Shown one piece after another: positions 8,541 to 16,107 of a DNA stretch of 24,000 nt (its first letter is position 1; the number at the start of each line of letters is the position of its first letter). The position numbers were made by a program, and so were the translations under genes. Under the pieces are notes generated by a model, which was given only the letters and a program-made list of their open reading frames with translations, was not told where the DNA came from and searched no databases. This DNA is from Anderseniella sp. GTDB lineage: Bacteria; Pseudomonadota; Alphaproteobacteria; Rhizobiales; Aestuariivirgaceae. Location: contig DAOUPT010000002.1 of the NCBI GenBank assembly GCA_030626025.1, forward strand, positions 45,118 through 69,117. Direction: 5' to 3'.

Positions 8541-9305
8541 TCAAACCAGACCATCGATAAAACTGGCAATAATTTCCCGGGTTATCTGACCCTGTTCCAG
8601 ATGCGGACTGTGCCCGCAATCGGGTATGATATGTTTTTCAACTCCAGAACCAACACCGGTAACAATAGCCTCAATCTGAGCCTGCGTGCCGTAAGGATCA
8701 TTTATCCCCTGCACCACCAACACCGGCACATTGATATCGGGTAAAAACCCCTCAATGTTCCACTTGCGAAAATCACGATGAAGCCAGACATCGTTCCAGC
8801 CACGAAAGGCATTATCGACATTTTCACCGTGGTACTTCTTCAAACGCGCCCGCAAATCACCCTCTTCATAAGCGACTTTTGCGGCCTTGATACTCTCAAC
8901 ACAGATATCTTCATTAAACACATGGGCAGCGAGCGTGATCACCGCACAAATCCGGTCCGTTTTATCATTACCCGCATGGATGAGAGATATGGAACCACCG
9001 TCGCTGTGGCCAATCAAAATAGCCTTGTCGATCCCGGCCGCATCCAAAACCTGAGACAAGACCACTTGTCCCTCATGATGCATAAAGCTGACCGGACGTG
9101 GTAACTCACAAAGGTCTGATCCACCATATCCAGCCCGGCTATAGATAAACCCGCGCATCTCTAATTCGTCACACAACCTGCCGGGAAAATCCCGCCACAG
9201 ATCAATACACCCCAATCCTTCGTGCAGAAAAACCAGCACCGGTTCAGCTGAAGTTTCAACGCCGATCCACTGGCATTCCAGTTGTCGGCCATCAGCAACA
9301 ATCAT
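8541..9305 (-). CDS. Alpha/beta-fold hydrolase
   Basis: ORF 8541..9374. I prefer the ATG at 9305 (MIVADGRQLECQWIG...), because the longer form overlaps the upstream EamA gene by 37 nt. It has an oxyanion-region HEGLG, the nucleophile elbow GHSDGG, and a C-terminal DCGHSPHLE carrying the catalytic His. Confidence 0.8.
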   Translation of the reverse strand: MIVADGRQLECQWIGVETSAEPVLVFLHEGLGCIDLWRDFPGRLCDELEMRGFIYSRAGYGGSDLCELPRPVSFMHHEGQVVLSQVLDAAGIDKAILIGHSDGGSISLIHAGNDKTDRICAVITLAAHVFNEDICVESIKAAKVAYEEGDLRARLKKYHGENVDNAFRGWNDVWLHRDFRKWNIEGFLPDINVPVLVVQGINDPYGTQAQIEAIVTGVGSGVEKHIIPDCGHSPHLEQGQITREIIASFIDGLV

Positions 9306-9337
9306 TTGTTTTTGATCAGGATGAATACGCCAAACTC

Positions 9338-10222
9338 CTACTTTTTCGTCACCAGCAAAACCGCTGCGCCACAAACCACCATGCCGACCACCTGAATGAC
9401 CCCAAGCGTCTCATCAAACAGAAAATAGGCAATGACCGCCGTAACCGCTGGCACCAGAAAAAACAGGCTCGAGACTTTTGAGACTTCACCATGCCGGATC
9501 ATCAGATACAACATGCTTATCGCTCCAAGAGACAATACCAGCACCAGCCAGGTCATGGCAAAAATGACATCACCATTCCAGATGATTTTAAAATCCTCGG
9601 TCAGCAACGCCCCTGCAAACACCACCAAACCGCCACCGGCAAATTGCAAGGCATTACCGGGTCGCAAATCAGTCCCCGACATAAAACGCTTTTGCATCAC
9701 CGCCCCGATGGTGATCGAGACCGTTGCCATAAATGTTACTGCAGTCGTCACCGGGGTTATCCCGACACTGTCAAAACTCAGCTTGGGCCAGACCACCAAA
9801 GCAACCCCCGCAAGTCCAAGGATCAAACCGGCCCAATGGCGCCAACCGGTTTTCTCCCCCAACACCGGTCCGGCAAGCGCCGTGGTCAGCAACGGTTGTA
9901 GAGCAGTAATCAAGGCTGCCACCCCGGCTGGCATGCCATAATAAATAGCCCAGAACACCCCGCCCAGATATCCACCTTGCGTAAACATGCCGGTTACCAG
10001 CGCCAGCATACCATCACGCGGTGATGGCCACTTGGCCCTGAAGATCAGAGACGCCAGAATAAAAATCACCGTCACCATGGCAAATCTGACGGCCAGAAAG
10101 CTCAACGGCTCGGCATAAGGCGCGCTCAGACGCGAACCGATAAACCCGGTGGCCCACAAACACACAAACACCATCGGGGCAAGCGACAGCCAGTTAAATG
10201 ACTTGGGAGATTTTTGAGACAT
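9338..10222 (-). CDS. EamA/DMT-superfamily transporter
   Basis: 294-aa ORF with about 10 TM segments arranged as two EamA-like halves. Confidence 0.85.
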   Translation of the reverse strand: MSQKSPKSFNWLSLAPMVFVCLWATGFIGSRLSAPYAEPLSFLAVRFAMVTVIFILASLIFRAKWPSPRDGMLALVTGMFTQGGYLGGVFWAIYYGMPAGVAALITALQPLLTTALAGPVLGEKTGWRHWAGLILGLAGVALVVWPKLSFDSVGITPVTTAVTFMATVSITIGAVMQKRFMSGTDLRPGNALQFAGGGLVVFAGALLTEDFKIIWNGDVIFAMTWLVLVLSLGAISMLYLMIRHGEVSKVSSLFFLVPAVTAVIAYFLFDETLGVIQVVGMVVCGAAVLLVTKK

Positions 10223-10388
10223 TGATGAGGGACTTGTTTTTATTGTGCAAGATCAATAGATAAGATGGCACAGGACAAACACAAAGGCCAACAGCATTTT
10301 AAGCATTTTTTCATTCATCGCTGACGTTTATAATCGCTTCGTTGACGATGACGGAATTCCGCTGGCTGGCAACATCGCTTTTTCTTCC

Positions 10389-11150
10389 TTGCTGGCCCTG
10401 TTTCCCTTTCTGATTTTCCTCACCTCAATTGCCGGTTTTTTCGGCAATGCCCAGCTTGCTCAAACCATCGTCGACTATCTTTTATCGGTCGCCCCGGAAG
10501 AAATCGTCAAACCGTTTACCGACGATATCCATTCGATTCTCACCGTGCCCGACCGCTCGGTACTGGCGCTGTCCATTGCCATAACCCTCTATAGTGCTGC
10601 AAACGGTGTTGAAAGCATCCGCGTCGGACTTAACCGGGCTTACGGCTACACAGAAACCCGCTGGGGTATTTTTCGCTTTCTGCAGGATGTGGTTTTTGTC
10701 ATCGGTGGAACGGCTGTTTTGCTGACCGTATCCTTCCTCATCGTCTTTGGCCCCCTGTGGTGGGCAAAAGCTGAAGAATGGATCCCGTGGCTGTCCAATT
10801 TCACCGCCTGGTTCCATCTGCTGCGCTATCCGGTCGGGCTGGGTTTAATGTTTATTGCCCTGATCATCGGCCACAAATTCTTACCCGTAAAACGCCATAA
10901 AATGCGCGAAATCCTGCCCGGCATCATCGCCACCATAGGCCTGTGGCTGCTGGCCGCCTGGACCTATGCTGAATACGTTGCAAACTTTTCGCGCATACAG
11001 GTGATGTACGCCGGATTAGGCAACGTCGTCATCGCCCTGATTTTTCTGTACATCTCGGCATTGGTGATTATTTTAGGCGGCGAAATCAATCAAGCCCTGA
11101 TTGCAAGGCGACGGGACAAGAACCTAGCTGCGCTTGAGGAAGTCCTTTAG
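10389..11150 (+). CDS. YihY/BrkB (formerly 'ribonuclease BN-like') family membrane protein; the conserved N-terminal segment lies upstream and out of frame (a full-length gene would span 10265..11150)
   Basis: The TTG-initiated ORF encodes a polytopic membrane protein with the C-terminal YihY pattern LYISALVIILGGEINQAL. The family-typical N-terminal motif (...RFVDDDGIPLAGNIAFSSLLALFPFL) is encoded in the same frame upstream of 10389 but has no ATG/GTG/TTG start. The only ATG with a plausible N-terminus (10265, MAQDKHKGQQHFKHF...) is in another frame, and the two frames meet at a T6 run (10306-10311). Confidence 0.7.
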   Translation: MLALFPFLIFLTSIAGFFGNAQLAQTIVDYLLSVAPEEIVKPFTDDIHSILTVPDRSVLALSIAITLYSAANGVESIRVGLNRAYGYTETRWGIFRFLQDVVFVIGGTAVLLTVSFLIVFGPLWWAKAEEWIPWLSNFTAWFHLLRYPVGLGLMFIALIIGHKFLPVKRHKMREILPGIIATIGLWLLAAWTYAEYVANFSRIQVMYAGLGNVVIALIFLYISALVIILGGEINQALIARRRDKNLAALEEVL

Positions 11151-11741
11151 CTCCTGATTTTCCTCCTGCAACTGCGCAATTTGCTGACGCATTTGGCCAA
11201 GAACCGGCTCCAACTCCTGAACCGTCAGGCGCTGTGGAATATGAGCCGGGCAGTTCCAATCAAAGGCCTCAACATTAATGACCACCGCCCGTTCGGGTCG
11301 GGCTTTATAGCCCTCCACATGAAGTTGCCCAATTAGTTGGTCATCTTCCACCAACTTGGCCCGGCCCCATATTTTCAGCCGCCGACGATTGGGGTAATCC
11401 ATCAAGATCATTGAAACCTTGTCATTGTCGGTCAGATTGCCAACACTGACATATTGCCTATTGCCACGAAAATCAGCGTAAGCAATTGTCTTGGTATCCA
11501 GCACTTTCAAAAACCCGACCGGGCCACCGCGAAACTGCACATAAGGCCAACCTGATTCAGAAACTGTCGCCTGATAAAACCCGTCACGCGCAGTAATGAA
11601 TGAAGCTTCAGCCTCACTCAACTCATCGCGCCGGTCTACATCAGGTTCCAGAAATTTCCCATTGCCCTTGTCAGCGCCCATTTGCGTTTGAACTTTTTGA
11701 ACCGCAGGTGTGAAAGCGATTTCTGCAAATGCGCGCGCCAT
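11124..11741 (-). CDS. Pyridoxamine 5'-phosphate oxidase (PNPOx)-like FMN-binding split-barrel family protein
   Basis: 205-aa ORF. The core FITARDGFYQATVSESGWPYVQFRGGPVGFLKVLDTKTIAYADFRGNRQYVSVGNL...RLKIWGRA fits the PNPOx-like fold family. The C-terminal 35 aa are heptad-like (LGQMRQQIAQLQEENQELKDFLK). The start lies 2 nt after the DUF1348 stop. Confidence 0.75.
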   Translation of the reverse strand: MARAFAEIAFTPAVQKVQTQMGADKGNGKFLEPDVDRRDELSEAEASFITARDGFYQATVSESGWPYVQFRGGPVGFLKVLDTKTIAYADFRGNRQYVSVGNLTDNDKVSMILMDYPNRRRLKIWGRAKLVEDDQLIGQLHVEGYKARPERAVVINVEAFDWNCPAHIPQRLTVQELEPVLGQMRQQIAQLQEENQELKDFLKRS

Positions 11742-11743
11742 GA

Positions 11744-12208
11744 TTATAACCCCAAATCTGACAGCCCGGGATGATCATCCGGACGCCTTCCTGAAGGCCA
11801 GTGAAACTTGCAGTCGCTTTCGGCAATCGGCAAATCATTGATGCTGGCGATACGCACTTGCATCAAACCGTCTTCATCAAATTCCCAGTTCTCATTGCCA
11901 TAAGAGCGAAACCAGTTGTTGTCATCATCATGCCACTCATAGGCAAAGCGCACCGCAATACGGTTTCCCGCACAGGCCCATAACTCCTTGATCAACCGAT
12001 AATCCAGTTCACGCTGCCATTTGCGGGTTAAAAACGCTTCAATCGCCGGTCTGCCGGTTAAGAATTCAGCCCGATTGCGCCATTGACTGTTTTCAGTGTA
12101 GGCCAGCGCAATCTTGGCCGGGTCTTGCCCGTTCCAGCCATCTTCGGCGGCACGCACTTTGACACGGGCGGTTTCATCGGTGAACGGGGGTAGAGGGGGA
12201 CGGCTCAT
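11744..12208 (-). CDS. DUF1348 / NTF2-like (SnoaL-like) family protein
   Basis: ORF 11744..12298 trimmed to the ATG at 12208, with AAGGAA upstream. [77 protein letters not shown]... matches my memory of the DUF1348 consensus. Confidence 0.75.
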   Translation of the reverse strand: MSRPPLPPFTDETARVKVRAAEDGWNGQDPAKIALAYTENSQWRNRAEFLTGRPAIEAFLTRKWQRELDYRLIKELWACAGNRIAVRFAYEWHDDDNNWFRSYGNENWEFDEDGLMQVRIASINDLPIAESDCKFHWPSGRRPDDHPGLSDLGL

Positions 12209-12240
12209 AATATAGTTTCCTTGACATGCACGGCATAAAG

Positions 12241-12285
12241 TGTACCGATCTGTTAACTTACGTTTTGGCAAACTGTACCGATCGG
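12241..12285. promoter_or_regulatory. Candidate TetR operator pair in the divergent promoter region
   Basis: TGTACCGATCTG (12241-12252) and TGTACCGATCGG (12274-12285) are 11/12 identical and spaced 33 bp apart. The second contains the perfect 10-bp palindrome ACCGATCGGT. Each site lies just downstream of a TTGACA hexamer (12221-12226 on +, 12298-12293 on -) in the 114-bp gap between divergent genes. Confidence 0.45.
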
Positions 12286-12322
12286 TCCATTTTGTCAAGC
12301 ATTGATTTCAACTGGAGTAAAA

Positions 12323-12892
12323 ATGCGCCCGTCCAAACGCGATGAACTGGTCGAAAAGGCCCTGAAAACTTTCTACCGCAACGGCTTCCACGCCACCGGC
12401 ATGGACATGCTGGCGGCTGAAACCGGCATTTCCAAAACCTCCATGTACAAACACTTTGCCACCAAGGAAGATTTGATACTGGCGACACTAAAACTGCGTG
12501 ACGAAAAATTTCTCGACTGGTTTGTCAGCCGTCTGGAACAACTGGCTCCAACACCATCAGAACAATTGATCGCCATTTTCGATGTGCTGACCGAATGGTT
12601 TGCTCAACCCGAATTTGCCGGTTGCATGTTCATCAAAGCCTCAGCCGAATACCAGCACCCCGGCCACCCCATTCATGTCCAGTCAGCCGAACACAAACGC
12701 CTGCTGCTCGACCACATCACCAAAATTGCCAAAGCCGCCGGAACGATCCATCCAAATAGTACCGCCCGCCAACTTATGCTCCTGATCGAAGGCGCCACGG
12801 TAACAGCCCATTTTGGCCACACGAGCAACCCGGCCGGGGATGCAAAACGGGCGGCGGAAAACATGTTGACCAGCACAAGGTCAAAAGAATAA
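12323..12892 (+). CDS. TetR/AcrR family transcriptional regulator
   Basis: ORF 12302..12892 trimmed to the ATG at 12323, with GGAG upstream. The N-terminal TetR HTH is ALKTFYRNGFHATGMDMLAAETGISKTSMYKHFATKEDL. Confidence 0.9.
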   Translation: MRPSKRDELVEKALKTFYRNGFHATGMDMLAAETGISKTSMYKHFATKEDLILATLKLRDEKFLDWFVSRLEQLAPTPSEQLIAIFDVLTEWFAQPEFAGCMFIKASAEYQHPGHPIHVQSAEHKRLLLDHITKIAKAAGTIHPNSTARQLMLLIEGATVTAHFGHTSNPAGDAKRAAENMLTSTRSKE

Positions 12893-12901
12893 ACAGGCCG
12901 G

Positions 12902-13792
12902 ATGAAAAATAGAAATCCCCTCATCAACTGGTTGTTTCTCATCATCGCTGGTGCTGGCTGGGGAGGATCAATCAGCCTGACCAAAATCGCCGCTGATTCC
13001 GGTTACCACCCGATAACACTTATTTTCTGGCAACTGATCATCGCCATTGCAATTCTGGTGGCATGGTTGATGGCAAATCGCATCCGCTTGCCAACCAGCC
13101 CGAAACACCTGATTTTTTATACTATCGCTGGCATCCTGGGAACCGCCCTGCCCGACAGCCTTGCTTATTTTATCGCCCCTCATTTACCAGCCGGTATAAT
13201 CTCGATCGTCTACGCCCTTGTGCCAATGATGACTTTCACCCTCGCCGTTATTCTCAGAAGCGAACGATTTGAACTGACCCGGTTTGTCGGTGTCCTGCTC
13301 GGCCTCAGTGCTATTTTGTTGCTCGTTGCACCTGCTTTTGACCTGCAACCAACCAGCAGTCCCTTATGGGTGTTTTTGCTGGTACTGGCCTGTTTTTGCT
13401 ACTCGATTGAATCAATTTTTGCCATCTTCTACATGCCCGCAAAAGACCATCCCCTAACCATACTGACCGGCATGAGCATCGCTGCTATAATCATCATCTT
13501 GCCAATCATGCTGGCAGCTGGCATCCCCTTTTCCATTCAGAATTTCCTTGGGAAATCCGAATGGGCACTCATTCTCTCATCATTTATTCACGTTGGTGCC
13601 TACGCTGGCTATCTCTATCTCATCCGCCACACCGGCGCAATTTTCGCCAGCCAGATTTCCTACGTCGTCACCCTGTCCGGCGTTCTATGGGGCATAATAA
13701 TCTTCACAGAATCCCACAGCCTGTGGACCTGGGCCGCATTGGCCACCGCAATGGTCGGTTTGGGTTTGGTGCGCCAGCAGCAGGAAAACTAA
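12902..13792 (+). CDS. EamA/DMT-superfamily transporter
   Basis: 296-aa ORF with about 10 TM segments. It starts 9 nt after the TetR stop, so it is probably co-transcribed. Confidence 0.85.
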   Translation: MKNRNPLINWLFLIIAGAGWGGSISLTKIAADSGYHPITLIFWQLIIAIAILVAWLMANRIRLPTSPKHLIFYTIAGILGTALPDSLAYFIAPHLPAGIISIVYALVPMMTFTLAVILRSERFELTRFVGVLLGLSAILLLVAPAFDLQPTSSPLWVFLLVLACFCYSIESIFAIFYMPAKDHPLTILTGMSIAAIIIILPIMLAAGIPFSIQNFLGKSEWALILSSFIHVGAYAGYLYLIRHTGAIFASQISYVVTLSGVLWGIIIFTESHSLWTWAALATAMVGLGLVRQQQEN

Positions 13793-13942
13793 GCACCTTT
13801 CTTCTCACAAACCGCCCACCCGCATCTACTGCCCGATCCGACAAATGCTTGTGGCTGTCTGCACATTTCACAGCAAGGAGTGAAAACAAGACTATTGCGC
13901 GCATTATGCGTTTAAGTTATTCTGCCTAGGCGGAGGTATCGC

Positions 13943-14401
13943 ATGAGACGTACTCACCAGATTGTCGCCAGCTTTGTTGCGATGCTCCTCCTTTGCCTAA
14001 GCTTGGCCACTCCTTCAAACGCACAGAACGAGGCTTTCGAGGCCGCCGAGCAGATCCCCGCCAGCATTCATAGTGCCATATCAGGTGGTTTTTGGACGGC
14101 TGGCAAGGATGAAGGGTTTTTCCGTGTTGTCGTTATCGCGGGCGGTGTCGAGCATGTGTCGCACCGTCTCTATATCCAGTGGTTGAGGAGCGATGCAAAG
14201 ACACAGAGCTATGAGTTGGTCCGTACTGTGAACGTGACAGAACTCAATATGGGACAGGGTTATCTTCTGGATGTGAAAACCTCATTTGGCGACTTCAATT
14301 CCTTCAAGATTAACATCACTGCAAAAAGCCTGCGCGTCAAAACCAAAAAATTCGCGATCACAGCCAAAGGCGACGGGAAATATGTAATTCAGTCCCGATA
14401 A
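13943..14401 (+). CDS. Hypothetical secreted protein (152 aa), no family recognised
   Basis: GGAGG Shine-Dalgarno 7 nt upstream. The Sec signal peptide is MRRTHQIVASFVAMLLLCLSLATPSNA|QN. The mature part has an alternating beta-strand-like pattern (FFRVVVIAGG, RLYIQWL, YELVRTVNV, YLLDVKT, FKINITA, KFAITAKGDGKYVIQ). Confidence 0.65.
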   Translation: MRRTHQIVASFVAMLLLCLSLATPSNAQNEAFEAAEQIPASIHSAISGGFWTAGKDEGFFRVVVIAGGVEHVSHRLYIQWLRSDAKTQSYELVRTVNVTELNMGQGYLLDVKTSFGDFNSFKINITAKSLRVKTKKFAITAKGDGKYVIQSR

Positions 14402-14431
14402 AAACTGCTTCCGAGCAACAGGGAGAGAAAC

Positions 14432-16063
14432 ATGGCGAAGCTTTTTGGATTTTTTCTAACCATTACGTTGCTTGCATTCGCGGCGGCCGCACAGGCGCAA
14501 GCACCAAAAACCTTGTCACAAGGACCGGACTTTTCAGATATCGAAAAAGGTCAGCTTACAAGCGGAAAACTTCCACTTCACGAGAAGGAAGAATTAGACG
14601 TTTTAAGAAAATACAATCCGGCTCGCGCCCAAAAATTGGAAGCTCAAATAAAGCGAAAAATCCCTTCAATTGACCAAGTTTCGCAGTCCTTAAAAAATGT
14701 AGTAAAAATATTTAACCGATTAGATGCAGAGGAAAAACTCTACCGGGATGGAATCCTTAACAAAAAAGCACTTGTCAGGTCAAAGGTAGAGGCACAAATA
14801 GTATTACGCTTGTGGCTTTCTGCGCAATACAAATACGAAGACGATCTTGAAGAGAAGTATGGATCCCCATCAAAAAAATTCAAAAGAGCGATGCAAAAAT
14901 TTGAATCGATAAAGGGTGCATGGTTAAAGAAATTCTACAAAGCTCGCGATAAAAAACGGGAAAAAATGGGTTTGCCTAAATGGAAATTCGACATGATCTA
15001 TAACAAATCCGACCCACCTGAAAGTGAAAACAAAACACCATCACCCAAATCGGCCGATAACAAGCTACCAAAAAACCCGAAGGAGGACATTGAGAAAAAC
15101 AAGGCCAAGCGGGAGGAAACGAATAAGCCGCGCAGGCAGGTAGACCGCAAAGGAACTTCCAAACCCAGATCAGAAGAAGACCGTATTTTGGAGGCTGGCA
15201 AGGACGGAATGTTGACCGGCAAAACCATCAAACTCTCCGACTTGGAAGGATGCGGAGGTGTTCTTTTTGTCAATGCCGATGTAAAATTGATGTGGGGGCG
15301 CACATCAACTCCCTGTCCCGAACTTACAGGCGGGCGTGTGGCTAGCCAAGCCGATTATTATGCCCACTGCAACTCATTCGAAGACTTTAGCGGACCTTGC
15401 GGGCCACCGGGGCCCAGTACTGAAAGATCGGGAAGGTATAATGGTGTCCATGGGATGCCGCTTGGTGTCTTTTGTCTTGCGCTCCATTACAATATTTTAT
15501 CAAATAAGGGGGATGTGTATAACAACACGGTCATGCAGGGTAACCTTATGTCAATATTCAAATACGACAACGGCAGCCGCAAGCTGAGTTGTTTTTATAT
15601 TACCAAGGATCAGTTGAAGTCCTTATATGAACAATTTAAAAATGCCAAAAAAGGCACTACTCCCACCAAGCCCGTTGCAGGGACCAAGCCAAAAAAAGAT
15701 TGTAAGTCTAGTGGCGGCCTCACCGGTGCCATGAATTGTGTGACAAAACGGATCGAAGGTGCCGGCGGAAAAAATACAAAACAGCCAGAAAAAAACCCGG
15801 CCTCTGCGAGTACGACTGATCCAAAGACCGGCATCACTACAAAGTCGGTGAAAAACCCGGATGGAACTCGCACGATCACTCGGACCGATAAGAATGGTAA
15901 AGTTTTATCCGAACGAACTGTCGGGAAAACCTCGACCTCTGCGAGTATGACTGACCCGGAGACCGGCATCACCACCAAATCGGTGAAAAACTCGGATGGA
16001 TCGCGGACGATAACAAGAACAGACGCCCGTGGAACTGTTCTTTCCAGGGGAAACGTACGGTGA
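14432..16063 (+). CDS. Hypothetical secreted multidomain protein (543 aa): Lys-rich helical region, K/P/E-rich linker, 8-Cys domain, C-terminal tandem repeat
   Basis: GGGAGAG Shine-Dalgarno upstream. The signal peptide is MAKLFGFFLTITLLAFAAAAQAQA|PK. The long ORF lies in a locally AT-rich stretch where random ORFs would be short. It contains eight Cys residues, at 274, 295, 313, 323, 348, 387, 424 and 436. I recognise no catalytic motif. Confidence 0.75.
   Translation: MAKLFGFFLTITLLAFAAAAQAQAPKTLSQGPDFSDIEKGQLTSGKLPLHEKEELDVLRKYNPARAQKLEAQIKRKIPSIDQVSQSLKNVVKIFNRLDAEEKLYRDGILNKKALVRSKVEAQIVLRLWLSAQYKYEDDLEEKYGSPSKKFKRAMQKFESIKGAWLKKFYKARDKKREKMGLPKWKFDMIYNKSDPPESENKTPSPKSADNKLPKNPKEDIEKNKAKREETNKPRRQVDRKGTSKPRSEEDRILEAGKDGMLTGKTIKLSDLEGCGGVLFVNADVKLMWGRTSTPCPELTGGRVASQADYYAHCNSFEDFSGPCGPPGPSTERSGRYNGVHGMPLGVFCLALHYNILSNKGDVYNNTVMQGNLMSIFKYDNGSRKLSCFYITKDQLKSLYEQFKNAKKGTTPTKPVAGTKPKKDCKSSGGLTGAMNCVTKRIEGAGGKNTKQPEKNPASASTTDPKTGITTKSVKNPDGTRTITRTDKNGKVLSERTVGKTSTSASMTDPETGITTKSVKNSDGSRTITRTDARGTVLSRGNVR
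15800..16060 (+). repeat. In-frame 135-bp (45-aa) tandem repeat, about 1.9 copies, at the 3' end of the 543-aa ORF
   Basis: Copy 1 is 15800-15934 (ASASTTDPKTGITTKSVKNPDGTRTITRTDKNGKVLSERTVGKTS). Copy 2 is 15935-16060 (TSASMTDPETGITTKSVKNSDGSRTITRTDARGTVLSRGNVR). My hand alignment gives 30 identical residues out of 42 aligned positions. Confidence 0.9.
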
Positions 16064-16107
16064 GCGCGCGGCACCGGTTCAACCGGAAGACGCTAGATAG
16101 AGAGGAT

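Noticed and set aside
8172-8744. 190-aa + strand ORF spanning the permease start and the hydrolase end
   Set aside because: It is antisense to two confident genes and crosses their intergenic gap. No motif was found.
9432-9941. 169-aa and 136-aa + strand ORFs
   Set aside because: They are antisense to the EamA transporter gene. Such ORFs are typical in GC-skewed membrane-protein genes.
15800-16060. The tandem 135-bp repeat considered as a CRISPR-like or minisatellite array
   Set aside because: There are only two copies with no spacers. They are in frame within a long ORF and diverged at synonymous and non-synonymous sites, so this is a coding protein repeat.
15610-16074. 154-aa minus-strand ORF
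   Set aside because: It is antisense to the repeat region of the 543-aa ORF. Its own internal repeat is simply the mirror of the coding repeat, and it has no SD or signal.
16060-16107. GTG start at 16060 for the third secreted ORF
   Set aside because: It would put 16 polar residues (MSARHRFNRKTLDRED) ahead of the signal peptide. The ATG at 16108 has a good SD and gives a canonical n-h-c signal. The GTG is kept as an alternative only.
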